Origin: a virus
Taxonomy: Duplodnaviria; Caudoviricetes
DNA: 64,000 nucleotides
Direction: 5' to 3' (one strand)
IMG/VR virus record: IMGVR_UViG_3300006115_000008
Span: 32,001-96,000 of that record
This document shows positions 1 through 9,871 of this stretch, piece after piece. Position 1 is the first letter of the stretch, and each line of letters opens with the position of its first letter. Below the pieces are notes generated by a model. The model did no database searches and was not told where the DNA came from. It saw only the letters and a program-made list of their open reading frames with translations. The position numbers and the translations under genes were made by a program.

Positions 1-10
1 ATATGGGTAG

Positions 11-385
11 TTAATTGGTAGACAACGATTTACTGTTTTGGTCAAAATTCAAATTGAGTGTATTTACTTGATTGGTATTTACATAGCTTAGGGTCAGCTG
101 AATCAAAAATCCAGTGTCCTGTTGAGTAACTAAAACTTGTCCTACTTTAAGTCTAGGATCATACCCAACAATTCGTTGAATATCTTGTTGAATTATCTGT
201 CTAGTGCTTTCATCCAATGGTTCAAATAGCATATCCCAAATAACTGTGCCAAAATTTGGTTGCATTAGTTTTTGGCCCTTACGGATATTAAAATAATTAA
301 TCAAATCTTGTTGTGCCAATTGAAAATCAGTCAAAGTGAATTTCTTTGGGTCTACTAGTGTGCTAAAACCTTTATATATACTCAT
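11..385 (-). CDS. gp25: Baseplate wedge subunit, gp25/GPW family
   Basis: 124 aa with 'NIRKGQKLMQPNFGTVIWDMLFEP...YDPRLKV', the typical gp25 signature; lies downstream of the gp5-like gene. Confidence 0.88.
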   Translation of the reverse strand: MSIYKGFSTLVDPKKFTLTDFQLAQQDLINYFNIRKGQKLMQPNFGTVIWDMLFEPLDESTRQIIQQDIQRIVGYDPRLKVGQVLVTQQDTGFLIQLTLSYVNTNQVNTLNLNFDQNSKSLSTN

Positions 386-392
386 GTTGTAT

Positions 393-1061
393 TTATTGGC
401 TTAAAACTGTGATTGCGTATCGGCCAGAATTAAATGCATTTGCCCCAGTGCCAATATTGTAGTATCTCCAAGCATAAGCCCCGATCCCGGTAGCATTATT
501 ATAACTAGGAGGGGCACCAACTCCCAAATTCCAAGCCACATAGATCATTCCTGCAATTATGTCCGGAGTATCGGCACTATCAATTGCCCCATTATTAAGC
601 AATCCATTATAAAGATCAAAGATATATTGGTAGGCTAAATGGCCTTGAGCTAGGTTATTTGTCAAGAATCCATTGATATTTTGTATGTTGTAAAGATAAT
701 TTGCATAAGAATTGGCGCTATTTCGTACTAGTACTTGGCGCCAACAATTGCGGTAATTTACGCAATTTGTCCCGTATTGTGCATTTGATCCTGTAGCCAA
801 TAATCCATAATTTTCCAATAATTGCGTACTAATCTGGTATGCTCCAAGAGCATTATTGTTGCCGATCAACATGTAATTCCAAAGGCTTTGGTCATAGGCA
901 ATTTCTGCTTGAAGATTGCGTATTTGTGTTGCAGTCAAAGTACTTATTGTAGCCCAAGTCGGGGGAGTGGCGGGCATCAATGCTTTGCCAAGCCAACTAA
1001 TTGGCAAGGGGTTGGTAATTGGTAATCCAGTAGCTGATAATATTCCAAGTGATGTTGTCAT
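393..1061 (-). CDS. Baseplate-associated protein with degenerate lysozyme/transglycosylase-like motifs
   Basis: 222 aa; 'IAYDQS..NY....LGAYQIS' resembles the SLT/lysozyme-like ES...GxYQ pattern; lies between gp5 and gp25. Confidence 0.45.
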   Translation of the reverse strand: MTTSLGILSATGLPITNPLPISWLGKALMPATPPTWATISTLTATQIRNLQAEIAYDQSLWNYMLIGNNNALGAYQISTQLLENYGLLATGSNAQYGTNCVNYRNCWRQVLVRNSANSYANYLYNIQNINGFLTNNLAQGHLAYQYIFDLYNGLLNNGAIDSADTPDIIAGMIYVAWNLGVGAPPSYNNATGIGAYAWRYYNIGTGANAFNSGRYAITVLSQ

Positions 1062-1063
1062 AA

Positions 1064-2668
1064 TTAGCCGTCGTTAGTTGGTGGGGTAGTGTTTGCGTTG
1101 TTGTTGTTTGCGTTGTTGTTTGGCGCAACAGCATTACTAGCAGCGTTACCGGCAGCATTACCTGCTGATGAAGCAGCTGCATTGATTGCTGCAACTGCTG
1201 CCCCGGCGGCTTTAGACACTGGAGTTTCGCCAGGCGTTTGTCCTCTAATCCACGGTTCGTGTCCTGGTGTTACTGTACAAATTGTCAATAACGCTTTACT
1301 GTTTGCTACCCAATTGGTTCCGTTGAATGAGGGCACTAGTGTTGATTTTGTTTTTGCAGTTCCTGGGGCGCCGCCTATTAGGCTGGTAGCAGCACCTAGT
1401 GCCGCAGAGCCCAGGCCACCACTTATGTTAATTAATCCCCCGCTGATATTTGTTAAGCCTCCGCTTAGACTAGCAATTGCTGTGCCTTTAACTGATGCCG
1501 AAGTTCCGCTCATACTTGCTGATCCACCGGCTTTTATTGAAGCCGAGGAACTGGCGCTAACTGAAAAACTGCCTTGTGTAGTCATCATGATTGCGGTTGA
1601 TGCATTCATTACAATTTCAGGGCTATCCATTAATATTGCGCTATCACTACATAAATTCATTGGTCCTTCAGTGCGAACATTAAATCCAGCCAATCCATAT
1701 ATGTTAATAGCCCCGTCGGCGCTAAATTCTAACCATTGTCGTCCGCTATCACTAGCGATGTACAAAATATGCTCGGTGTCGTTCATGAGAATTTGATGCC
1801 CGCCACTGGTGCGTAATCGTATTAACTGATCTGTGCCTTCACTTACATTGTCTGCATTAGATGCTCCATCGTCCATGACAAAAGTATGTCCGCCTTTGCG
1901 ATAAAATACTGCTTGCGTATCTGCAGCCACTTGATCTGTCTTGGTTGCTTTTCTTCCGGGAGTGCTAATTCCATATACGTTACTTGGTACTTCTCTGCTA
2001 CTGCTGGAACTGATTGCACCACGTATGGGATCTTGATCTAGTCCCTGTGTGACTAACACCATGGTTTGATACTCGTGCGGATATCTGCCAGCATCAGTTA
2101 TACCAGTTGAAGTCCACAATGTGGGATCTGACGTATCTGCTTCAACTACTGGTAGTACACTAGCACTGTTGATATAAGTGTCAATTGCGTCAGATGGGTC
2201 AAGAGTACCATTGGCTCCGCCAATGTTTCTACCAATAGCTGGCACCATATGATGACTTGGGGTATTAACTACACATCCAAACCAATAGCCTCTGTTTTTC
2301 TGTCCGCCAACAAATGTACACATGACTTGAGTGCCGATGTCCGGAGGGACAAACCACATGCCATAACTTTGTCCAGCTGTTGCTGGTGTATTGGGCGCTA
2401 GTCCTGAGTCTGTGCCGAATGTTTGTCCAAAGAAGGGACTGCAATATGTTACCGTCGGCAAGTCATCAATTTGATATCCTTGATCGCTGGGGTTTATTTT
2501 TCCTTGCAGTTCAGGTATTTCAACTTTGAGTTGTCCCATTCTACTGCCTTCCACGTATCCGCGAACAATTCCTATATACGGACCTGGATCAATTAATTGG
2601 CCGCCATTTTTGCTAGTGGCCTGCAATGCGACATCAGCGCCGGATCTTTGTGAATCACTTGTTGCCAT
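1064..2668 (-). CDS. gp5: Baseplate hub/spike protein, gp5/VgrG-like (OB-fold plus beta-helix)
   Basis: 'RMGQLKVEIPEL', 'SYGMWFVPPDIGTQVMCTF', 'GHTFVMDD...IRLRTSGGHQILMND', Ser/Ala-rich beta-helix, terminal 'PGHEPW'. Confidence 0.8.
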   Translation of the reverse strand: MATSDSQRSGADVALQATSKNGGQLIDPGPYIGIVRGYVEGSRMGQLKVEIPELQGKINPSDQGYQIDDLPTVTYCSPFFGQTFGTDSGLAPNTPATAGQSYGMWFVPPDIGTQVMCTFVGGQKNRGYWFGCVVNTPSHHMVPAIGRNIGGANGTLDPSDAIDTYINSASVLPVVEADTSDPTLWTSTGITDAGRYPHEYQTMVLVTQGLDQDPIRGAISSSSSREVPSNVYGISTPGRKATKTDQVAADTQAVFYRKGGHTFVMDDGASNADNVSEGTDQLIRLRTSGGHQILMNDTEHILYIASDSGRQWLEFSADGAINIYGLAGFNVRTEGPMNLCSDSAILMDSPEIVMNASTAIMMTTQGSFSVSASSSASIKAGGSASMSGTSASVKGTAIASLSGGLTNISGGLINISGGLGSAALGAATSLIGGAPGTAKTKSTLVPSFNGTNWVANSKALLTICTVTPGHEPWIRGQTPGETPVSKAAGAAVAAINAAASSAGNAAGNAASNAVAPNNNANNNNANTTPPTNDG

Positions 2669-2681
2669 TATTGATTATTCC

Positions 2682-4820
2682 TTAGGGTCGGGTTGTTGAG
2701 TTATTAACACTAGTCTGATTACTTTGAGATGTTGCTGCAGAATCTCCAGCAACCTTTGCTGCAGAGTTGTTTATATTTGTGGCTGGACTAACTTGTGTAG
2801 GCGAGCCCTCTCTTTGAGAAGTTTGGTACCTAGCAACAGCATCGTTTATATCTTGATTCATGTTTCTGTATAAATTTAAAACTTGTTCAAGTTTGCCGTT
2901 GCTAAATTCGTTTTTGATCGTAGCAATTTTATATAAGCCGCTAAACAGTGAAGCTTGTGCCAAACTAGGGTTGGGGAACATAAATCCTTGATTAGCGCCC
3001 GGTACATCTGCATCAATGTCGTATATTGTGTTTACGTTAACTTGCACATATACTTCCCCAGTATCTGTTCTATAGTGTCCGTATTTGTTTGCAAAGTCAC
3101 TTTGACTCATTGAGTTCCAACTGTTATAATCTCCCTTGGCTGTGGGATCTGGACCATAATACCAATCATCTTGTTTGATTAGTGTGGGGTCTCCGACTAT
3201 ACGCAGTTCCAAAGTTATCATGTCACCTTTGCTATCAGTGTAAGTTGAATTGATTACTTGGGCAGCTGTTATTGCTGCCGGACGTGTTTCTTTGTTATAT
3301 CCTGTTGACCAACTTGGAACGTTATTTAAAATTCGATATCTTAATGGCGTTAAGTTTGATGATTGTGCAGCAGCCACTGCTGGTATTAGTCCACCAATGG
3401 TGCCTATTCCCAGTAAAGGAATGTTTATATTTTGTTCTATAAAATCAGTTGATGTACTTTTTGTGGGAGTGACTGCGCTTATCAAAGTATTGTAAGCCAT
3501 TACTGCTGTATAAAATGTTGTATTGAAAGCAAGTTTAAAATCAATTACGTCAACATTATGTCCTGTATAAAGATAATCATATTGTTTGACCTTGAAATCT
3601 GTAGGATCCATAAACAATGGCATGTTGGGATCTTTTCCATCCCAAGTTGGGTACTGATGTATATAATAGGTAACCGCTTGGGGATAACAATTTCGATAGG
3701 TGTCAAATACTGCCGCGGAGCCTGACGCAGTGGTGCCACCCGATGCAGTAGTATATTGGGTTTTAACTTGAGTTTTAAAAATATTAAAAATGGTAGTTTG
3801 ATTGCTGGTAGAATTGGTTGTTGCCGAGCCTACACCTTGAAGGTTAATAAAATAATCACTATGTGCCATTATACCTTCAATAATATTAACAATCGGGGTG
3901 CCACGACTGATTTTAAATGTTTGCTTGGTAAAGTCCATGGTTATTCCAGTTAAGTCAGCATCTTGTAAACTTAACTGTGTTTGATCAACTATATTACCAG
4001 TACCTATTCCAGGATCTAGTACAAATTTATAACTATCAGGATATTGTAGAACAATTCCACCAGTGCTATTTCCATATGCCGATAGTTGGCTCCAATAGTA
4101 GTTTAATTTTTTTGCGAATTCTGTAAAGAACTCATTAACAGTGCCAGCAGTAACACTAATATCTACAGGGATTTTTCCAAGCTCATCAAAATGTGCAATA
4201 TGCCCAGCAGCACAATACTGCACTTTGTATTCGGTTCCTTTTGTGCCGGCGTCAATATCTATGCTTAATAACCTAATAGGAAAACGCTTTCTATAAATTG
4301 CAGTTTTTGAGCCGGGCACTGGATTATTGTTATCATCATATCCAACAAAATTACATTCTAACATATAAGGACGTTGTAGATAATTTTGTGGTTCTCCAGG
4401 ATTTAACACATATCCGGCTTTTACCAATACGTCGATTAGACTAATACCATATGGTTCTTGTATAACCATACTGCCTTCTATTAGATTTGAGCTTTTAGTA
4501 CGAGTATTGGGAGTTAGTAAAGTTTCAAATTCTACACTGTCAATGATATAATCATATGGAACTCCGGGTAAGCGTCGATCGGGATAGAGTCCGCTATCTT
4601 CGGCAACTACATAACTAAGCCCCACTGTAGGATTCCAATTGTTAGCTTCTTCTATAGATCCTATACTGGTTAATTCATTATAATCATTTATATCCAACCA
4701 CCATAAAGTCCAAGTATAAGTCCACGATGCAAAGGCATGCATGGGATTGGGTGCGACAGTACAGGTTGCTGGTATTTTAACCCCAGTGATAACCACGTCT
4801 GGTAATATTGTTGTATCCAT
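2682..4820 (-). CDS. Baseplate hub protein (gp27/GpD-like)
   Basis: 712 aa; C-terminal 'LELRIVGDPTLI...SGLYKIATIKNEFSNGKLEQVL' typical of hub proteins; lies between gp53-like and gp5-like genes. Confidence 0.6.
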   Translation of the reverse strand: MDTTILPDVVITGVKIPATCTVAPNPMHAFASWTYTWTLWWLDINDYNELTSIGSIEEANNWNPTVGLSYVVAEDSGLYPDRRLPGVPYDYIIDSVEFETLLTPNTRTKSSNLIEGSMVIQEPYGISLIDVLVKAGYVLNPGEPQNYLQRPYMLECNFVGYDDNNNPVPGSKTAIYRKRFPIRLLSIDIDAGTKGTEYKVQYCAAGHIAHFDELGKIPVDISVTAGTVNEFFTEFAKKLNYYWSQLSAYGNSTGGIVLQYPDSYKFVLDPGIGTGNIVDQTQLSLQDADLTGITMDFTKQTFKISRGTPIVNIIEGIMAHSDYFINLQGVGSATTNSTSNQTTIFNIFKTQVKTQYTTASGGTTASGSAAVFDTYRNCYPQAVTYYIHQYPTWDGKDPNMPLFMDPTDFKVKQYDYLYTGHNVDVIDFKLAFNTTFYTAVMAYNTLISAVTPTKSTSTDFIEQNINIPLLGIGTIGGLIPAVAAAQSSNLTPLRYRILNNVPSWSTGYNKETRPAAITAAQVINSTYTDSKGDMITLELRIVGDPTLIKQDDWYYGPDPTAKGDYNSWNSMSQSDFANKYGHYRTDTGEVYVQVNVNTIYDIDADVPGANQGFMFPNPSLAQASLFSGLYKIATIKNEFSNGKLEQVLNLYRNMNQDINDAVARYQTSQREGSPTQVSPATNINNSAAKVAGDSAATSQSNQTSVNNSTTRP

Positions 4821-4824
4821 ATGC

Positions 4825-5133
4825 TTATAACTTCAATGCGGTTTTAACTGTTGCTAGTGCTGGTACAAATATAATTACACCAGTTTTAAAATCCATTAAT
4901 GGATCTATTAGAATGTCTGGATTACGCACAGCAAATACCCACCAAAGATTGCTGTCTTTATACATGTCATATGCTAATAGATCTGGGCGTTGATTATATG
5001 GTGCGTCAATTTGATATATCGCGTCTGTTACTGCCGAAGCAATAGTTTTTCCGGCCCATACGTCTAAGAATTGACCCCAAAATTGTGTACCATGATATGG
5101 GCTTGTGGTGCTATAAGTTGTTGTGGTAGCCAT
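4825..5133 (-). CDS. gp53: Baseplate wedge protein gp53-like (LysM-like)
   Basis: 'YNQRPDLLAYDMYKDSNLWWVFAVRNP...IIFVP' is the gp53/tail-X LysM-like signature. Confidence 0.8.
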   Translation of the reverse strand: MATTTTYSTTSPYHGTQFWGQFLDVWAGKTIASAVTDAIYQIDAPYNQRPDLLAYDMYKDSNLWWVFAVRNPDILIDPLMDFKTGVIIFVPALATVKTALKL

Positions 5134-6146
5134 TATAGGAATCCGCCTTGTTTAAAGTTGCTGGCCCAACGAGCAGATTGGCTTGCCCCCATTGCAGTTG
5201 CTGGCAGGCCAGAGCCCACAGGATTAATTAATGCTCCTGCTGCAAAGTCCTGTAAACTGAATCCTTGACTTTGGGCTAGTCTACTGTACACTGGTTGCAC
5301 CGTAACAGTTACTGTGCTTGACGTTGGCAGACGTGTGCTATTATTTCTATAAGCAGTAAATTGAGGATTATATGGTGCACCCTGTGTTGCTGCTGGTTCG
5401 GGAATATCCATATAGTCTACATCGGCTGGCATAGTATGACTAAAACTTGTTACTACACAAGGTACGTTAGGCAAATAATATTGTCCATAACCGTTTAGGT
5501 ATAGCAATGGTGGGGGATTTCCTGCTTCTGGATCGTTACCAAAAAACATTTTTGTACAAGCCCTAAAAAAGTAAATTGTAGCCAACAAATATTGTCCTTC
5601 ATTTACGTTTTGTACTGTAAACTCTCCCGAGATTGAAATTGGTTCAACGCTACTATTTTCATAATAATATTGCGTATAGTTATTGTGTGTTAATTTCTGC
5701 GGTTGGTACGTTGCAGTATGTTGAACTTGAATCTGTGGGGTATACGGGAAAACAACGCCAATTCTACTAGATCCATTTTGGCCGGCGCCGCCTAGTCCAG
5801 TTAAATTACCAATAGCATTGGCTATGCCACTTACTCCGCCATTGTCTTGTATCAGGGGAGATAGTAATGAATTATTGGGATCATTATAAAAATACGTACT
5901 GTTTGGAGCAAGACTTAATCTAACTCTCCAATCTGATGCTGCCGGAGGTCCAAATAAAATTGGTGCGGGACTGCCACTATTCATGTTAGTGCTGTAAGAA
6001 AACATACCTGCAATGTTTTGTCGTGAACTAGCAGAACTAAGTCCCACAGCGCCTAATAGGCTTGACTTTGTAGCTGAACCAATTTGACTTAATACTGATC
6101 CCGATCCTGTTGCTCCGGGTAATACTGAATTTGATAACACTGGCAT
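5133..6146 (-). CDS. Baseplate/tail-tube initiator, gp48/gp54-like
   Basis: 'FPYTPQIQV...ISISGEFTVQN...PPPLLYLNGYG...VPCVVTSFS' tube-initiator-like pattern; first gene of the baseplate operon. Confidence 0.6.
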   Translation of the reverse strand: MPVLSNSVLPGATGSGSVLSQIGSATKSSLLGAVGLSSASSRQNIAGMFSYSTNMNSGSPAPILFGPPAASDWRVRLSLAPNSTYFYNDPNNSLLSPLIQDNGGVSGIANAIGNLTGLGGAGQNGSSRIGVVFPYTPQIQVQHTATYQPQKLTHNNYTQYYYENSSVEPISISGEFTVQNVNEGQYLLATIYFFRACTKMFFGNDPEAGNPPPLLYLNGYGQYYLPNVPCVVTSFSHTMPADVDYMDIPEPAATQGAPYNPQFTAYRNNSTRLPTSSTVTVTVQPVYSRLAQSQGFSLQDFAAGALINPVGSGLPATAMGASQSARWASNFKQGGFL

Positions 6147-6167
6147 ATATATTCCACTTTTATATCT

Positions 6168-6173
6168 TATTTA
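6168..6173 (-). promoter_or_regulatory. Late promoter (TAAATA) for the baseplate operon
   Basis: TAAATA on the minus strand ~22 nt upstream of ATG 6146; the same motif precedes most structural genes. Confidence 0.6.
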
Positions 6174-6204
6174 CCAGAACCATTATGTGCTATGTTTTTA
6201 AAGG

Positions 6205-6234
6205 TTGACAGGGTCTTGATAAATATGTTAGTAT
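6205..6234 (+). promoter_or_regulatory. Sigma70-type promoter for gp55 with an embedded late TAAATA motif
   Basis: TTGACA (6205)-18 nt-TAGTAT (6229) with extended TG; TAAATA at 6220-6225. Confidence 0.6.
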
Positions 6235-6258
6235 ACGCTAACTTTAAAGGAATAGAGG

Positions 6259-7137
6259 GTGCGACACAATTATTTAAACAACAAAGATATTCTCAAAGAA
6301 ATTCATAAAAGCAAGACAACTTACTGTTATTATGACAATCCTGCAGATGCAGATTATGATATGATTTTGCCGGATGTGAGCAAAATTAACAAAAAGAACA
6401 TCAAAGAGGCAAGACAAAATCGTGCAGAGCGCCTGGCTAAACTAGCACACGAAGAAGCTACCAAAGACGGAGTCAAGCGTAAATTAGATGAATTTGAAAT
6501 AAAACTCAAGGACATTCCAGATACCGATGTGGTATTCAGAGTTATGACTTGGGATCATATTCCAGTCGACGATGCTAAAACCAAAAAAGCACGTATGGCA
6601 GCATTGGAGATTGACGATGACGAAGATCCGCTATTAGTTGATTATGATAAAGATGATTTAACACATACCAAATATGTCAAAGTCAATTTCCCGCCCTTTG
6701 TACACTACAAAGTAGATGCCGACGGTAATCTCGTATTGGTAGGTAAAAGTCATTGGAAGGGAGGATTGAATCCTGGAGAGTATAGCCCCACACATGGTAG
6801 AATGACTAATAAACTAGCTCATATGTTTATGAAATTATGTGAGCGTTATGCTACTCGCAGTAACTGGCGTGGCTATACTTACAATGACGAAATGCGTAGT
6901 CAAGCCTTACTACAGTTGAGTTATATTGGATTAAAATTTGACGAAAGCAAGAGTCAAAATCCATTTGCTTACTACACTGCTGCTGTAACCAATAGTTTTA
7001 CTCGAATTTTAAATATTGAAAAACGCAATCAAAATATACGAGATGACATTTTAGAAATGAACGGACTCAATCCTAGTTATACAAGACAGGGCATGAGTGG
7101 AGGGTATAGTGGCGGTGATGGCGGATACGATGAGTAA
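6259..7137 (+). CDS. gp55: Late transcription sigma factor gp55-like
   Basis: N-terminal 'NYLNNKDILKEI' and C-terminal 'NWRGYTYNDEM...KFDESKSQNPFAYYT...F'; directly upstream of gp47 as in T4; GTG start. Confidence 0.85.
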   Translation: MRHNYLNNKDILKEIHKSKTTYCYYDNPADADYDMILPDVSKINKKNIKEARQNRAERLAKLAHEEATKDGVKRKLDEFEIKLKDIPDTDVVFRVMTWDHIPVDDAKTKKARMAALEIDDDEDPLLVDYDKDDLTHTKYVKVNFPPFVHYKVDADGNLVLVGKSHWKGGLNPGEYSPTHGRMTNKLAHMFMKLCERYATRSNWRGYTYNDEMRSQALLQLSYIGLKFDESKSQNPFAYYTAAVTNSFTRILNIEKRNQNIRDDILEMNGLNPSYTRQGMSGGYSGGDGGYDE

Positions 7138-7145
7138 ATTGACTA

Positions 7146-7175
7146 TTGATTTTGCCCAACTGTTTCTGTTATACT
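7146..7175 (+). promoter_or_regulatory. Sigma70-type promoter upstream of gp47
   Basis: TTGATT-18 nt-TATACT with extended TG, ending 6 nt before ATG 7182. Confidence 0.5.
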
Positions 7176-7181
7176 TACTAG

Positions 7182-8198
7182 ATGTCTAATTTATTTAAAA
7201 AAGCTGCACTATTCACCGATATACATTTTGGCCTAAAGTCAAACAGTACTCAGCACAACGAGGACTGTTTGAATTTTGTCAAATGGGCCACTACCAAAGC
7301 ACGGGAGGAAGATTGCGAGACTGCTTTCTTTCTCGGTGATTGGCACAACAATAGAGCCAGTATTAATATTTTAACATTGGGCTATAGCCTGCAAGCACTG
7401 GAGCATTTGAATGATAATTTTGAACATACTTATTTTATTCCTGGTAATCATGATCTCTATTATCGTGATAAGCGCGATATTCAATCCGTTGCTTGGGCTC
7501 GACACCTCCCCAATGTTACAATATGCAATGATTGGTTTTCTAGTGGGGACGTTGTTGTCGCTCCTTGGCTTTGTGGTGATGATCATAGAAAAATTCCTAA
7601 ACTAAAAGGCAAATACATGTTCGGACACTTTGAGCTCCCCGGATACTTGATGAATGCCATGGTTGCCATGCCGCAACATGGTGAATTGGAACGAGATCAC
7701 TTTAACAACTTCGATCATGTATTCACTGGACACTTTCACAAGCGCCAAACACAAAAGAATATTACTTATATTGGAAATTGCTTTCCGCACAACTACGCTG
7801 ATGCCGGGGACGACGACCGTGGCTTGACTATCCTTGAGTGGGGCAATGAGCCTACATATCATGCGTGGCCTAACCAACCACGGTATCGGGTATTTAATTT
7901 AAGTGATGTATTAAATCACACAGAGGCAATGTTGAAACCTGGCATGCACGTTAGAGTTAATTTGGATGTGGATATCAGTTACGAAGAAGCAACGTTTATC
8001 AAGGAAACATTTACCAATACATATGGATTAAGAGAAATTACTCTGATCCCGGCTAAAGTTACAGAACTTACTGAATATCAAATACAGGGCAATATTGAGT
8101 TTGAAAGCGTAGATCAAATTGTTTACAGTCAACTTACTACTATAGACAGTAAACAATACGACCCTACCTTGCTATTAGATCTATACAGAAATCTATGA
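7182..8198 (+). CDS. gp47: Recombination endonuclease subunit (Mre11/SbcD-like)
   Basis: Phosphoesterase motifs DIHFG, GDWH, GNHD, GHFE, GHFH. Confidence 0.92.
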   Translation: MSNLFKKAALFTDIHFGLKSNSTQHNEDCLNFVKWATTKAREEDCETAFFLGDWHNNRASINILTLGYSLQALEHLNDNFEHTYFIPGNHDLYYRDKRDIQSVAWARHLPNVTICNDWFSSGDVVVAPWLCGDDHRKIPKLKGKYMFGHFELPGYLMNAMVAMPQHGELERDHFNNFDHVFTGHFHKRQTQKNITYIGNCFPHNYADAGDDDRGLTILEWGNEPTYHAWPNQPRYRVFNLSDVLNHTEAMLKPGMHVRVNLDVDISYEEATFIKETFTNTYGLREITLIPAKVTELTEYQIQGNIEFESVDQIVYSQLTTIDSKQYDPTLLLDLYRNL

Positions 8199-8797
8199 GA
8201 ATCGCAATAACTGGAACTACTAGTGGATTGGGTGCCGAATTAAAAAATATTTTAGAGAAAAATAATGAGGTCATATCAATTAATCGGGATAGTTTTTTAA
8301 ATTTAGATCTATTAGACCTAAGTTCGATTGATATTCTTATTAATAATGCAGGGCATTCCAATGGCGGAGGCGTTGGACTCAAGGCTCATAAACAACAACA
8401 ATGGCAAAGCATAGTTGATATAAATTTTGTAGTCCCAATATTATTAACTCAAAAATTTATAAATCAAAATGCCTCGGGGAAAATAGTGTTTATAACTTCT
8501 AAAGCAATCGAAAAGAATTTAGGCGGCGATTCTGTTTATTCAGGTAGCAAAGCCGGACTATCTACCTTTATTTCTTGTATGCGAGACGAATTAAAGGGAT
8601 CTAATTACAAACTAATAGAGATACGTCCTGGAAGAATACGAACTGAATTTGCCAAGAATAGAAATATACACAGTGAAGATATCTTAGAAAACTTTTACGA
8701 TAACATGGTGCACATGTCAGTGACTGAAGTGGCAAATTCTATAATTTTTGCTATTAATTCAAATACCATTGAATTATTATCATTAGCGAGAAATTAA
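8195..8797 (+). CDS. Short-chain dehydrogenase/reductase (SDR)
   Basis: TGTTSGLG (TGxxxGxG), NNAG, YSGSK (YxxxK), PGRIRT. Confidence 0.88.
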   Translation: MRIAITGTTSGLGAELKNILEKNNEVISINRDSFLNLDLLDLSSIDILINNAGHSNGGGVGLKAHKQQQWQSIVDINFVVPILLTQKFINQNASGKIVFITSKAIEKNLGGDSVYSGSKAGLSTFISCMRDELKGSNYKLIEIRPGRIRTEFAKNRNIHSEDILENFYDNMVHMSVTEVANSIIFAINSNTIELLSLARN

Positions 8798-9333
8798 TGA
8801 TTGTGTCTCCAATTCTAGACAAGTATTTTGTCTACGATCGAGTATTTGATTTGCTCGAGTATCAAAATACCATGGAGGAACTTTACGATACTCTTTTACA
8901 CATGAAGAGGCACGAGTACGAATCAAATTATAGATTTATATTCTTGCACTACGATACCGATTATTATATTACCAATAATCAACCAGGAATCCTACTTAGA
9001 AATTTACAAAAAATTTTAGCTTCACTAGACATTCCCAATTATTTTTGTTTGATTTTAACCGAGCAAAACATTCAAAAAGAATTAGATCAATTGGCCCAAG
9101 AAGAAACCAACAATGATTGTAGTATTTCTAGTATTCAGCATGGATTACAGGATTGGGTTCACAAAGACTTTCCAGATGTTGATTTAAACTATATGCGAAT
9201 TTCAAAGAAATATATTTGTCTAAATAGGTTTCGTAGATCGCATAGAGCATTATTATTTTCAATTCTTAAAAATAAAAACTTACTAGATGATGGAATTGTA
9301 AGTTTTGGTCATAGGAGCCCGGATGTTTCTTAA
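8797..9333 (+). CDS. Hypothetical protein; N-terminal part of a glycosyltransferase-like family
   Basis: 178 aa; ends 'YICLNRFRRSHRALLF...GIVSFG', which corresponds to the middle of the single-chain paralogue at 27993. Confidence 0.5.
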   Translation: MIVSPILDKYFVYDRVFDLLEYQNTMEELYDTLLHMKRHEYESNYRFIFLHYDTDYYITNNQPGILLRNLQKILASLDIPNYFCLILTEQNIQKELDQLAQEETNNDCSISSIQHGLQDWVHKDFPDVDLNYMRISKKYICLNRFRRSHRALLFSILKNKNLLDDGIVSFGHRSPDVS

Positions 9334-9871
9334 AGTATCTCCATTTAGTAGAATTAACGATCATTGGACTAGAAATCCTGAATTATACAAATTTTTTAAA
9401 GAAATATCAAAAGATTTTTCATATGTTAATTTTGATGATCGTTACGATATCAATACCGCTGATGGCGAATTATTCCAATCGGCATTTTTACACGTTGTAA
9501 CTGAGACTGTTTTTTACTACCCAAATATTTTTCTCAGCGAGAAATCATTTAAGCCAATTATTAATAAACGTCCGTTTTTGCTAGTAGCCAGTGCTGGGTG
9601 CTTGGAAAATTTAAAAAACTTTGGATTTAAAACATTCAATGATTATTGGGACGAGAGTTATGATACTATTGAGGACGCAGACAAAAGAATGTTGGCTATT
9701 TGCGAAATTATACAAACTATTTGCAGTAAATCAATAATTGAACTGCGGGATATGACACAGTCTATGTCAGAGATATTAGAGTTTAATTTTGATCATTATC
9801 AAAATTCTTTCAAGGAACAAGAACTGAAAAAGTTTGAAGAGGCATGTGTTCAAAATTTGAAAGTTAGATAA
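9323..9871 (+). CDS. Glycosyltransferase-like protein (GT10-like C-terminal motif)
   Basis: 'LHVVTETVFY..FLSEKSFKPIINKRPF...LKNFGFKTF..WDESYD'; ATG 9323 has SD AGGAG (preferred over TTG 9305). Confidence 0.5.
   Translation: MFLKVSPFSRINDHWTRNPELYKFFKEISKDFSYVNFDDRYDINTADGELFQSAFLHVVTETVFYYPNIFLSEKSFKPIINKRPFLLVASAGCLENLKNFGFKTFNDYWDESYDTIEDADKRMLAICEIIQTICSKSIIELRDMTQSMSEILEFNFDHYQNSFKEQELKKFEEACVQNLKVR

Noticed and set aside
1089-1796. 235-aa + strand ORF with a signal-peptide-like start
   Set aside because: Antisense shadow of the Ala/Asn-rich gp5 C-terminus.
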